Source of the DNA: Octopus vulgaris | Taxonomy: Eukaryota | DNA: 64,000 nucleotides | Direction of reading: 5' to 3' | NCBI GenBank assembly: GCA_951406725.2 | Contig: OX597815.1 | Span: 63,612,001-63,676,000, forward strand | In this document: one piece after another, positions 40,908-54,769 of the stretch | How the letters are laid out: every line of letters begins with the position of its first letter | Numbering within the stretch: the first letter of the stretch is position 1 | Program-made: the position numbers and the translations under genes | Notes under the pieces: model-generated | What the model was told of the DNA's origin: nothing | Database searches by the model: none | The model's input: the letters and a program-made list of their open reading frames with translations, nothing else

Positions 40908-41147
40908 CATATATATGTGTGTATATAAATATATATATATATATATACGACGGAATTCTTTAGTTTTCGTCTACCATATCCACTCACAAGGCTAAAGTAG
41001 TGTGACTGAACTCGGAACTATGTGGTTGGCAAGCAAGCTACATACCACACAGCCACTCCTGCACCTATACCCACTCCTGTGCCTACTTGTTTGAAATTAA
41101 TAAATGTCTCCTCTGTAAAAGTGTCAAAACGTTTGGAGTACAACTTG
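40200..41147 (+). mobile_element. Deleted mariner relic interrupted by a SINE
   Basis: SPYSPGLAAFDLWLFSKL...RFEDI; imperfect TIRs with TA flanks. Confidence 0.8.
40660..41085 (-). mobile_element. Near-complete tRNA-derived SINE family 2 with internal (TA)/(TG) microsatellite
   Basis: Head AGGAGTGGCTGTGTGGT...CCGAGTTCAGTC, central microsatellite, conserved 3' half. Confidence 0.88.
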
Positions 41148-41779
41148 TAAGACACCCAAAATTTTAACTTATGACGTCATTTCATTGAAAGTGAGAGACA
41201 AGATAAGAAAAGAAACTTTTCTGTTGTATTCGTAGCAAGCAAAAGTACGCTATCAGGCTTTATGAGTATTCAAGATGGTGTACCCATCGAGCAACACATT
41301 CGCTTTCCATGAAATGCAGATGACAACAATCACAACCACGATTGTTTGTGTGTTCGAATACCTTCCAAAGTATCTCATAGTTTCTGATATTGTTAAATCT
41401 TAAAGATAATATGTCTTTAATAGACTTGAACCAAAAGATCTTTTTGGACTTTTGAAAGCATGTTGATTTTGGTGGAAACTTAATTAGTCAGTCTACCGGA
41501 ATTAATGCTTAGAAACTTAGTAGATGTAAAAATTGAAGACAACAATTTACGTTGACTGCTTACCACAGTTAAAAAAGTTAAATTAGACCTAATTTTAATT
41601 TTCTTTCATTAATCAGTGCGGTTTGTGAGGCTGTGAAATACTGGGTGTTGAAAGTTCGTAATTAATATATTCTTGGTTTCTTCTTTACAGCTTCGGGTTT
41701 TTAGGTACATTTACACACAGAGACACATCTAGGCATAAATGCACACACTCATGTATACGCTCACAGACATATAGTCGCT

Positions 41780-41953
41780 ATCGTTCTCTCCATCACCATC
41801 ACCATCGCCATCACCACCATCACCACCACCAAGAACAACAACAAAAGCACTGCCAACACCAATTTCACTTCTGAAACTACACGGATCACCATCTTAGCCA
41901 CTATGGCTTCAACCATTGCCATCAGCATTCTTATATCTATCGCCGCCGCTATC

Positions 41954-42003
<50 letters not shown>

Positions 42004-43661
42004 GAGGAGGAGGAGGACCACCACCACCACCACCAGTCATCTTCTCCTCCTGATCCTCATCTCTACAAATGACATACCAAGAAACAATACCAACGCACAC
42101 CACCATACGCAACTATAAGCACTCCCATCATTATCACCATCAGCATCATTATTAACATCCTCATCCTCATCGTCATCATTAGCACCATCATCATCAATAC
42201 CGTCAGCGGCTGCAGCTGTCATCATCATCCATCACACATCATCATCATCATCATCATCATCATCACCAACACCATCACCATTGGCATCATCATCATCGTT
42301 ACAACCATTGTCACCACCTCTACCGCCACCACCACCACCATCATCATCATCATCACCACGTCCACCTACCCCACTACCATCGCCATCATCATCATCATCA
42401 TCATCATCAATCATCATCATCATCATCATCATCATCAATACCATCAACCCTCTATCCCAACCACAGCTACTTATCTTTACTCTCTTCTATCAGGGAAAAA
42501 AATGCTTCGACGTAAAGCAACCCATCAGATATGACACATATATATCTGTTCAGGGTAGATAACAGTAGGTGGTGTATTTGTAGGCGTGTGTGTACAAGTG
42601 TACGTAAAGTGTGCGTAAACATGTCTGTACGTAGATGTGTATATATGTGTGTGAACGTGACTATAGGTATGCGTATGCATTTTGTGATTTAAGCCTGCAA
42701 ATGTTTGTGCATATACATGTATGTATGTATGTATGTATGTATGTATGTATGTATGTATGTATGTATGTATGTATGTATGTATGTATGTATGTATGTATGT
42801 ATGTATGTATGTATGTATGTATGTATGTATGCATGTAAGTATGTATGTATGTATGTATATGCATATACATGTTTATAAGTATATGCGTGTATACGTTTGG
42901 ATGTATATATGCGTAGATGTAATATTGTGTATGTATGCATCTATGCGTACATATTTAGGTCTTCCAATGGTTGTGTACATACGTATACATGTTTACATGC
43001 TTATATGTGTGTGTATGTATATGGATATACATGTATATATGTTTATGTGTGTATATGTATGGCTGTTAGAGTGTGTATGCATGCATCTATGGGTACATAT
43101 TTAGGTCTTCCAATGGTTGTGTATATAGCTCTGTCTGTATATATATGTGTGCATGTTGTATGTGGGTTTGCGTGGTAGTAAGTAGGTTGTGTGTGTATGT
43201 GTACACACACACACACGTTTCTGCGTGTGTGTACATACGTTTCTGGAATTATATGTACGTGCATGTAAGTTTCCCGTGTTGGAATTTATTGTTTAAGTGT
43301 GTATATATCCATGTGTATATGTGCGTACATATGTATGGGAGTGTTCATATGGTGAGTTCACAGGTGAGTGTATAAGTGTGTGTCTGTTTCTCTGTGTACA
43401 CTAGTATGTGTGTATATGTGAATACATCTATATATGCTTATATATGCGTCTGCATATGTTTAGATGTATTTGTGTGCGTGTGTGTCAGTGTGTGTATGTA
43501 GATGTAGCTATATGTATGTATGTGTATACAATTCGTCTTCCATTGTTTGTATTTGTATGCATATGTAACCTGTATGTATGCATGATAGCTCTATATATGT
43601 CTGTATATGTGTGTGTATGCATGTGTATATGTGTGTGGATTTGTCTGGCTGTTGCTATATG

Positions 43662-43699
<38 letters not shown>

Positions 43700-43743
43700 T
43701 ATATATACATCCACACACACACATATATATATACATACATATG

Positions 43744-43789
<46 letters not shown>

Positions 43790-44048
43790 CATCTGTAAGT
43801 CTCAAATGCTTATGTGTTTATACATGTATAAGTAAGAGTTATATGTGCCTTTGAGTATGAGTAAATGTGTATGTATTTGCGTACATATATCTGCATATGT
43901 GTGAATTTTTTTATATGTATGCGTGTGTATATATTTGTGTCTATGAATATCAATGACCATATGAATCTATGTTGTGTATAGGTATACACATATCTGTATA
44001 TATATGTGCACGTATTGACATGTGTACGTTTGTGTGTGTGAGAGTACA

Positions 44049-44119
<71 letters not shown>

Positions 44120-44609
44120 TTGGCATATAATTGTACGTGTGTATGTATGAATGTATATATGTATGTGTGTGTATATATATATTTGTATGTATGTATCTTT
44201 ATGTGTGTATATGTATTTATATGTATAGATGAGAATATATATAGTTTTCTGTTTGTGTGTATGCGAATACTTTTTTATATATACACGTATGCTTGTGTAT
44301 ATAGTTATGTGTTTACACCTGTATGTATATGAATATGTGTGTGTTTTACAATATGCATGCGTGTCATGTATGCGTGTTACATGTGTGTGTGTGTGTGTGT
44401 ATGTGTGTATGTGTGTGTGTGTGGTGGGTTATAATGCTGATGCGTATGTATATGTACGTGCATGTACGCTTCTGGAATTTTCGATGAGCGCATGCTTGCG
44501 TGACATATAATTCTGTATAAGTGGCTGCGTGTATATCCTGTTATGTTGTCAGTATGTATGTGCGTGTATGTGCCTGTATACATGTGTGTGCAAGTCTGTG
44601 TGTATGTGT

Positions 44610-44664
<55 letters not shown>

Positions 44665-45358
44665 CGTGTGCTCTACGCGCGTGCAAATACATGCAGGCAT
44701 TTACATATATCACAAAAAAAGGAAAAAAATACGACGACGATAAGGTTTGCGGCGAGAGCGGCGGTGGCGGCGGCGGCGGTGGTGGCGGCAGCGGCGGTGG
44801 CGGTGGTGGCGGCGGCGGTTTTTGTAGCGGTGGTGGTGGCGGCGGCGGTGGCGCCGGTGGTGGTGGTAGCGGAGATATTGAGAGGGATCATTACCCTCCT
44901 TGCTACATCATCATCACGTCATCATCATTATCATCATCACCATCCTCATTATTATCGTCGTCGTCATCACCAGCCTCCACTTCATCATCATCATCATCTT
45001 GTGATCATCATGCCTATCCTCTTCCCCTCCATGATGACGATCGTACTCTCCACCTTCAACACAACATACTTTCCCTTCCACCAACACTTCTTCCTTCACC
45101 TCCCATTTTTCCTCCTTCTGATCATCATTACTATCATTATCGTTTTCCGTTTTCATTTTAATTATATCATTGTTTTTGTTGTCGTAGTCGTTGCCAGCTT
45201 CTTCTTCATCATCATCATCATCATCACCACCACCACCACCACCACCACCACCACCACCACCACCACCACCACCACCATCATCATCATCAACATTATCATT
45301 ATCAACAAGAAATTTTCACCTAATGCTTTATCATTTGTTACCCTTTTGGCAAATATTG

Positions 45359-45410
<52 letters not shown>

Positions 45411-45432
45411 GTCATTATTATTATTATTATTA

Positions 45433-45463
<31 letters not shown>

Positions 45464-45826
45464 CATCATTGCTATTATAGTTGCTGTTGTGGTTGTTGTT
45501 ACATAAGCGGAATTAGAGTGAATTGGGAGGTGGCGGATAGGTGTGTGGAGGAGATATTGGTGGCGGCGTGGAAGAACAACAATGAGCGACGGGGATTCTC
45601 TCGACGTTCAGTAACGAACGTTGTTAGTCTGTAACAAGAAGTTTTTGAATAGAAGCCAGCTGCTTGTTCATTGGAAGCGGAGACGACGTCTAGTCTGCTT
45701 CATAGAAACATAACCGGTCTTAGCCACCCAGCTCGCTTCCACCACCAACACCAACAACATCCCCACCCCACCATAACCAGCAACATCTCCCCATCACTAC
45801 TACTACTACTGCTGCTGCCGCTGCTG

Positions 45827-45895
<69 letters not shown>

Positions 45896-46174
45896 TGCTC
45901 CATAGATTTAAGGACACTACACTTCTTCAATTCACGTGACCATAATCATCATCATCATCATCATCACTAACTTCATCCTCTTCACCGTCGTCATCATTGT
46001 CGCTGTAATTGTTATCGTCGCCATCATCGTCGTTGTCGTCACAGTCGTTACCATCAAATTCCAGTTTTCGTTTTTTCAAATTGTTTTCGTTGTTAATGCT
46101 TCAGCAATATTTTTTTATATTTCTGTGACTTTATTTATAATCATCAACATAATTATCATTATAATAACAATATC

Positions 46175-46248
<74 letters not shown>

Positions 46249-46285
46249 TGATGATGATGATAATAATAATAACAAATTATTATTA

Positions 46286-46317
<32 letters not shown>

Positions 46318-46325
46318 TTTACTAT

Positions 46326-46384
<59 letters not shown>

Positions 46385-46398
46385 TAACTACTACTAAA

Positions 46399-46433
<35 letters not shown>

Positions 46434-46434
46434 A

Positions 46435-46468
<34 letters not shown>

Positions 46469-46530
46469 TTATTATTATTGTTATTATTATTATTATTATT
46501 ATAATTATTATTATTATTATTATTATCATT
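41780..46530. repeat. Extended low-complexity domain: (CAC/CAT/AAC)n, degenerate (TATG/TG)n, (GGC)n, (TAC)n, (AAT)n
   Basis: Direct reading; explains all ORFs here. Confidence 0.9.
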
Positions 46531-48498
46531 GTCGTTCCTGCTGAGAGTCGACCTCCTCTGCACTTGGAAGTTTCTCCTTTGAACTCGCAGACTGTTTCCC
46601 CCTACACGATCTTCATCAAGTTCCCACAAAACATACTCACCCCTCCGCCTCGTAGCCTCCCCCACCACTGATTCTTCTCACCTCACCTCTAAACTCCAAC
46701 GCTAAATACTTGGTTCAATCCCCCTTTCTCAGCACTACAGCAATCCGGGAAATCTTCCAAATAATTCTCTTTTTTTTCCGTTTCGTTTTGTTTTTTGCCA
46801 CTAAGCTTATACTAGGATATTCGAAATGAACAACAACCACAACAACTTAATCAATCGAGAAGTTTATTAACATCACTCCTCCTCATTCTCTTCCCCTCCT
46901 CCTCATCATCATCTTTTTTCATCTTAATTATATCATTGTTTTAGCAGTGGTAATCGTCGCCAACGTCATCATCACCATCATTTGCATACATTTATCGACT
47001 TCGTCGTCGACGTCGTTATCATCATTATCATCATCATAATCCATCTCCTCTTCCTTATCCTCCTCCTCTGTTTTATAATAAAATTTTTCTAAAAAATAAT
47101 ACATGGAAGCCATTTTGTGACTGTTAATATGCGCCATTCTTGAAATATGTGACTAACAAGCATACATTTTAAAAAATCATTAAATAATATTCTGCAAAAT
47201 ATAAACTCTTCTTGAGATTGCTGACTACTTTTTATTTCACATATTCTATACAGTAAGATGTTTCTTGCATTTTCTCACGTTTTATAGCTGCCAACGGTGC
47301 CATTAAATTCTGAAATTGTTCTTGAGTTTATCTTCCACGTTGTTTGGGGATTTTTTTTCAGCATTTCTATTACATGGTTGTTCTTTTTTGGAAAGTTTCT
47401 CAAGGTGGCCGCAGTCAAATGACTGAAGCAAGTAAAATAATACTCCCAACTCTTTAGGCTGTTGAGTTTAGGATCATAAGGTCATTCTTTCGATTTCTGG
47501 TCAGAGTGGTACATTGTCTTTAAGTGCAATGCACATTATTCCGTTTTGCTCGAGTCTACTCAGTTGAAAATGGGTACAACCCGAGTACTGGTACAGCCCC
47601 CACCACCTCTCTCTTTCTCTCTCCAGCTGTTTCATCCATGATGTCTCGTTTTATCAAGTTGAGAGGACCGGAATGATGCCTATGTATGCTCACAACTATA
47701 CAGGCAACTGAAACATTTAGTACCAGCTTATACCCGCTTGCAAGTGAAGGCTTTACCACGTCTGTGAAGTAACCCTAACCCGTTGAATATGATTTACAGC
47801 ATCTTCGAAAATATTGTCTTTTATCACAGCGTCAAATCAGTTTATATAAGAGAGAATCACACCATTTCAATCCACCACAAATGGATTGCATTTCTACAAT
47901 TCATTAAATGCATATTTCTGAGCGCGCGTACGCGTGTGTGTGTTTGCCTCTAGTGTCAAACATTACTGTCACAAAAGCGGGCTGAATGTCCAGTCGGTCA
48001 TATCAAATCGTCAGCGCCCAAATAGCTACATCTAACTCTTTCATTCTTAGTCTGAGTATCTCCTATGATTATATTTAGTGATTTTTAGAAATATTCCTTA
48101 CAACAGTTTATAATCACAGTCCCCATTTTTTCGTTGATCCCATAAATATTTTCCTCCCCACCCTATTTTCTTTCACATTATTCTTTTCCCCTCAGGTTCT
48201 CCCGTATATTCATTTCGCTTTAACGCTAAATCTATTTGTTTGTCCTTCATGAGAAACATGAGCTTACCGCTCCAATCTTTGCTAAACCTATCTGCGTGTA
48301 TTTTTTTTGTTTTGTATTCTGTACAATTGTTGAAAAAAACTTGCAATGGAGTCACTGGCCGTTTCTCTGTTCTTAAGTATCCTATAAAACCTTTATATAT
48401 TATATCGCAGTTGTAAAATACCTCTTTCTCCATTATCGGTGGGAGACACATGGAGATGATGTCGTATATGTGTATGTGTGTGCGCTTGTGTGTATGTA

Positions 48499-48569
<71 letters not shown>

Positions 48570-49046
48570 TTGTGTATTTATGTATGTGTGTGTGAGAGAG
48601 AGAGAGATTTCAGGCATTTCCTCGTTTCCTGTCACTGTATCTGTGGCACCATCCAGTTGATCACATTCAAGCTGTAACACACTGTTGAGTCATCCACCAT
48701 TTTTATTTCATGTATTTTCTTCTTTCAATCTTTTCCTTTAATTTATCTCTTCCGGATTATTCTTTTATCCGAAATGTGTTTTCTTTAAAATAAAAAAATC
48801 ATTCACTTTCCTTTACACTTCTTGTCTTCCTGATTGTTTCGTTATACATTTTGGTTTTCCATTGATAATGTTTAGTGACTTTGATAGAATCCTACCTTCA
48901 TTGAAGCCGCTGGCTTTGGCGCTTTTATCAACTACATGTTGATGTCGGAGCTGTAAACTGTTACAGCTTACAATAGATTTTCCAGCCATCTCTCAACTGG
49001 CATTTACTTAAATGCTCACTATATAATAATATTATTGACGAAGAAA

Positions 49047-49470
49047 GTGGCGAGCTGGCAGAAACGTTAGCATGCCGGGCGAAATGTTTATCGGTATTTC
49101 GTCTGCCGCTACGTTCTGAGTTCAAATTCCGCCGCAGTCGATTTTGCCTTTCATCCTTTGGGGTCGATTAAATAAGTACCAGTTATGCACTGGGGTCGAT
49201 GTAATCGACTTAATCCGTTTGTCTGCCCTTGTTTGTCTCCTCTGTGTGTAGCCCCTTGTGGGAAGTAAAGAAATAAGAATCGTTAGCTCGCCTAGTAAAA
49301 TACCTAGCGGCATTTCTTCCAACTTGTATCAGTTGAAATTCCGCCGTGGCCAACTTTCTTGTCATCCTTTCGGAGTCGATAAAATTGTTACCAGTTGAAT
49401 ACTGAGGTTGATGTAGTCGACTTACTCACTCCACTAAACTTTCTGGCCTTGTGCTAAAATTTGATGTCAA
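49047..49470 (+). mobile_element. Two tandem SINE family 1 copies (younger type-a 49047-49275, older type-b 49276-49470)
   Basis: A/B boxes and shared body; different tails. Confidence 0.88.
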
Positions 49471-50175
49471 ATTTACCGCGTCTTCTCCTCGCAACCCTCC
49501 TCCCCTCCTGATGCTCCGTTTCCCTTTCTCACTCTCAGCTACCTCTTGATCCACCTAACCCTCCTGATTCTCTCTTCTCTTCCCCCTCATCATCATCATC
49601 GTCATTATCATCGTTATTATCAATACCTTCGTTATTATCATTACTTCCACCAAAACTGCCTCTATCACCATCTTCTCTGCCCTGTTCATACTCTTGATCC
49701 TTCTTCTGATCTTTTCTTCTGACCCTCTTCCTTCTGTTCGTCCTTCTTATCATTATATTCATCATTATCTGTTTCTTCATTATATCATTACAACAAAACT
49801 GTTGCTATCATCGTTATCCACTTTCTCTGCTACTCCTCCTCATCCTCTTATTCACCACCATCATCAGCATTTCATCCTTATCCCCATCACAATATAATAT
49901 TAGTAACCCCGTCGCCATCTTAGAAACCATTTCTTGGGTACCTCTGAGTTAAAGTTGATATGGGAAGATCTACGCAGACAAAACCGATGAAAGCAATTGT
50001 ATGGTAATAGCGGCAATTGATGTATGATGTATCTCAGTATCAGCTATGTTGGTATTCATGGTGAGTGTCTTACTGTTTTATTAAGTCGTTGGACTGTGTG
50101 CGTGTGTGTGCGCGCGTGTGTGTGTGTGCATGTAGATATATAATATATAATAAATATATATATATATATATATAT

Positions 50176-50210
<35 letters not shown>

Positions 50211-50267
50211 AAGAACATAAGAGATATAGATAGGTATATATACAGATAGACAGATAGACATATAGAC

Positions 50268-50318
<51 letters not shown>

Positions 50319-50649
50319 AAAACATAGATATTTATCTAGATATATTGAAATTTTGAAATTTTAATCGAGTTTTAAATGGCATTTTCCTCTTTTTTTCATA
50401 TGATAAGAAATGAAGAAGAAACCATTCGTCTATTTCTAGGTGACAAAACTTTCTTGAGATTAAGTCAAAAATTAATATTTATGATGATCAGTTATTATAA
50501 TTACATGATTCTTTAACACTTCATACTGAATCTGAAATCATTCCATAAGTAGGAACCTCAAAAACATTCTCTAAGTGGATGATACTCAATCTTATCTCCT
50601 TCAAGAGGGACAAAAAAAAAATCATATATTGCAATCTCCATCCCACCCA

Positions 50650-51275
50650 TTTACATGTCTTGCCTGCACCTGGAACCTTCGCTACTAATACTAAGCCCCA
50701 CTATCTCTAATATTCTATTCTTTAATGCAACAAAGATCTCTCCCAACTTTTCTTCTCTAATCAACAGGTGCATATTTAGAGTAGGTCCATTTACCTTTAC
50801 CATCTTTGCCCCAGCCACTCACAAAATAAATTCGCTGGAGGAGAGTACTTCTCTCTCTGCTCTCACTTTCCTTTCCAAATAGAACCGGAACGAATCGTTA
50901 AGGGCCTGACCGAAGAGAAAAGTATTTGTCATCTATCTTTTTAGCCTCGTCCACCACGTTGATTCTTTCACCATATCCACTAGACAGAAGAAGACGGCGT
51001 GCTCTGTCTTTTTATAAGTGGGTGGTGAGGCTATCTTCACGATGGACTGGGCTGATAATCGGATTCGTTCCACTCAAAACAACAACTCGACTTAACTTCG
51101 ACTCAACTTCGACTTAACTACGCACATCTCGAGCAATCTCATTTGGCTTTACTTTTGTGCCCGTAGAGCTTATCTCAGACTGGCAATTCCCCCTCGGTAC
51201 GACAGCCAGTACAGGGATTTCTAGGTGTTATCCATGATAGCGTCGGTCCCAGTAATCTTCGGAAACAGACCGGCT
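50650..51275 (-). mobile_element. Tx1-like LINE 3' relic
   Basis: MDNT*KSLYWLSYRG (compare 19264 MIDNFQKSLAWHCYRG) and SGQALNDSFRFYLERKVRAEREVL. Confidence 0.75.
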
Positions 51276-51277
51276 CA

Positions 51278-51388
<111 letters not shown>

Positions 51389-51399
51389 TAATAATAATC

Positions 51400-51552
51400 C
51401 ATTTTACTAAAGGTACAAGGGCTGATATTTTGGGGGAGAGGACTAGTCGATTACATCGACCCGTGTTTCACTGGTGCTTAATTTATCGACCCCGAAAGGA
51501 TGAAAGGCAAAGTCGACCTCGGCGGAACTCAGAACGTAAAGACGGACGAAAT
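51400..51552 (-). mobile_element. SINE family 1
   Basis: ATCGACCCCGAAAGGATGAAAGGCAAAGTCGACCTCGGCGGAA on the plus strand. Confidence 0.85.
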
Positions 51553-51560
51553 GATAATAG

Positions 51561-51592
<32 letters not shown>

Positions 51593-51799
51593 ATGACGAC
51601 GACGATGATGATGATAATGCTGATGATGATTTCTTTTATTGGGTTCAAAACATGGAGGACAATATCAAAAGACGAGATACAACACACACAAAGACAAATG
51701 GGGCATACATGGATCAAGAGGAAAATCTCTAGCATATAACAAAACGATACATGAATAGAAGTTAGAAAAATAAATAAATAAATAAATAGAATCCCAAAA

Positions 51800-52152
51800 A
51801 GCTGGTAGTGCACTGAGGGTAATTTGGGATAACCCCCACACAAAAGGTCCCGGATTAATCAGTCATCCCCAAGGCATGGGAAATGTCATCTTTCAGTTTC
51901 TTTCCTCCGTCTTAGAAAAGCATACTCAGAATGAATCTATTCAGCCTAACCAGTTTCCTTACTTTCGTCCAGCTTTTGATTAACACACATCTCTGCCTCT
52001 CACCCTCCTCTTCAAATGATATTTGAAGAAATTGGTGAGCGCTTGGCCAGATGGGAAAGTGCCTGTCTTCAAATCTTTCAAACAAGTCCACCACACAAAA
52101 TTTTTCGTAACAGTCACTAAGCAGAGAAAGATCTGCCTCGCTTCTCTGCTAA
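51800..52152 (-). mobile_element. Tx1-like LINE extreme 3' end
   Basis: FVWWT...SGQALTNFFKYHLKRRVR, homologous to 50760-50950. Confidence 0.75.
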
Positions 52153-52582
52153 GGAAAGTATTATCAAATGCAAGCTTTGTCTTGGTGTAAAAGATGGGCG
52201 ACAGCAAATATTCTGCTTAATAGCACAGATATGCTTGTCAGTTGATTATCGTTAACTGGTTGAGCTTATCCCTTAGTGGCTGACGATATACGCATTTCTG
52301 GGGGAGCATCTTAGTCATGTGCTCAGAGGAGTTCTTTGGGGTTTGAATCATTCACCTCAGAAAAAAAGTGTTTCGTTTATCATCCTTAAACAAACCTTAT
52401 TAAGGGACCTTTTGAACAGGATGGGCTACTCGACCTGAAGAAAATTCTAGCTGGGTCCTACCTGCAAGGTCATGGGATATGATATGAGATCACCATGTTG
52501 TGCACATATGGATGTGATGCATGTGCCTGGTGTACCCTTATCAGAGGAGTAGTCATGATGGGTATACTGGACTCTCTCGCTC
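52153..52582 (+). mobile_element. ~545-bp non-coding element, copy 3 (diverged, sense on +)
   Basis: Reverse complement of 57132-57632 with deletions; followed by (TAC)n(TAA)n. Confidence 0.85.
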
Positions 52583-52584
52583 AA

Positions 52585-52623
<39 letters not shown>

Positions 52624-52625
52624 CA

Positions 52626-52734
<109 letters not shown>

Positions 52735-52758
52735 TAATAATAATATTCATAATAATAA

Positions 52759-53630
52759 CAAGCGCACTCAGAGACGGCAAACCTCCGCCAAGGCAACACC
52801 AATATCTCAACGATTAGCCAAAGATGATTTTTAAAATGAGACTATCTGAAATAAAGTCAACTGCCCTCACAAATGAAAATACTAAAAATTAACCCGACCT
52901 CTCTCAAAATTTAAGTAAAAAAAAAAATAACGGAAAAACAATACAGAATCCTTGTCCAGAACCTCATCGATCCCAATGGTAGTTTACATGGAATGTGAAG
53001 GTGGGTGTAGAAAATTTAGTAACAGTAATAAATAGTTTACCCTTACCTAATACAAGCCAAAGTTAAAAGGAATTTTTAACTGAATAGCATGAGACCTTTT
53101 GACTTTCTCTTCTTTTAAATACGTACCTTCCTTTAGTATTCCTGTTGTTTTAGATCGAACTATATATCTATTTATATATGGAAGTATACTGTAAAATGTT
53201 AATATGTATGTATAATAAATATATTATAAAAATATGTTAAGTGTTATTTAATTTCTGAACAGTTTTGCTGCTGTTTGTTTATGTAGTTTGATTTCTTTAT
53301 CCATCAGTTTCTACTAAGAGACGCGAGTAAAATTAATGATACAGAAACGAAAATAAAACTTTGGAAAAAGCCTAAAGGGAGATAATTGAGAAAGACTTGA
53401 AAGTTAATGTGAGATCGTAATCATGTAAAGTAAATACAACAAATAATCCAGAATCCTTGTCCGGTACCAGATCGATATCAAAATCTAATCAGTTTGTGCC
53501 AGTCACGAGGCCAAACATCCCTGAAAGTTTCATCTGAATCCATCCTGCGGTTCTTGAGATATCTTGTCCACGAACAAACAAACAAGTACGACTGAAAAAC
53601 AATACCTCTGCCTTCGCTAAGGCAGTGGTA
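52759..53630 (-). mobile_element. Non-autonomous Helentron/DINE-1-like element with internal insertion or duplication
   Basis: ACCTCCGCCAAGG near one end; hairpin ACCTCTGCCTT-CGCT-AAGGCAGTGGT at the other; (AAAC)n; CAGAATCCTTGTCC repeated near 52945 and 53449. Confidence 0.7.
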
Positions 53631-54403
53631 ATTATAATTAATCGAATATGTGGCGCATCAGTTATCCCCTCCGACTGCAGGATAATAGAGGGGGAATTTG
53701 ATTTATCTATGAAAGACTTTTATAGTTACCTCAAAACTCAAGCCAGTTCCCTGACATAGTTATGACTATTATGGTTTTGCCTTAGCAACACAACGCAACG
53801 TCTGTGCTAGCCTCTCACTATATTTCATTTCACAGTCTGGTTAAGTTACTGAGTTGATTCGTCTGTATTTCCCGATTCTACAGATCTTGGGAATTGCGTT
53901 GACAACAAACCTTGTACAGCGAACGATTGGTCAATAAAATTCATATTAATTTAATTAATTACATCTTCTCTCCTAGAAATGATGAACATTTTCCCAAGAT
54001 GGCTACCCGCTAGATCTCACATAACTGAACAAGACAGAGTATTACGGATGATTGACCATGATGTAAACAAACAATAAATTTTAATAAAATTTTTCTATTC
54101 CATTCTGTTTTCCATGGCGATCACAATGTTTGAAAGATTAAATATAACTTGTTATAGTACAATAAAAGATACAACTTGTAATAGTACATACAGTTATATT
54201 TTTTCTCTCACTACCACTTGGTTATAATATAATTTAACCTCTACTTTTTACTTTTTATAAACTAAGTTTCGTTGATCATTTTTAGAAATATATATTATAA
54301 TTATTGGCACTGCCTTTTTTCTTTCACTATCATAATTTTATTACTAACTTTCACAATAAAACATAACACAGCTCTAAGTATTATCATTATGGGTAGTGAT
54401 GGG

Positions 54404-54700
<297 letters not shown>

Positions 54701-54769
54701 CCACCAATTCTTTTCGTGAGGGAGGTTGTGTATTTGACATATTGATCAGTGTAAGTACTGAGCTGCCCC

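Noticed and set aside
44521-45480. 319-aa and 210-aa Ala/Gly/His-rich ORFs
   Set aside because: Concatenated microsatellites; no domain or splice support.
47590-47780. Exon after a pyrimidine tract plus CAG
   Set aside because: The tract is a (CT)n repeat; all three frames stop within about 90 nt.
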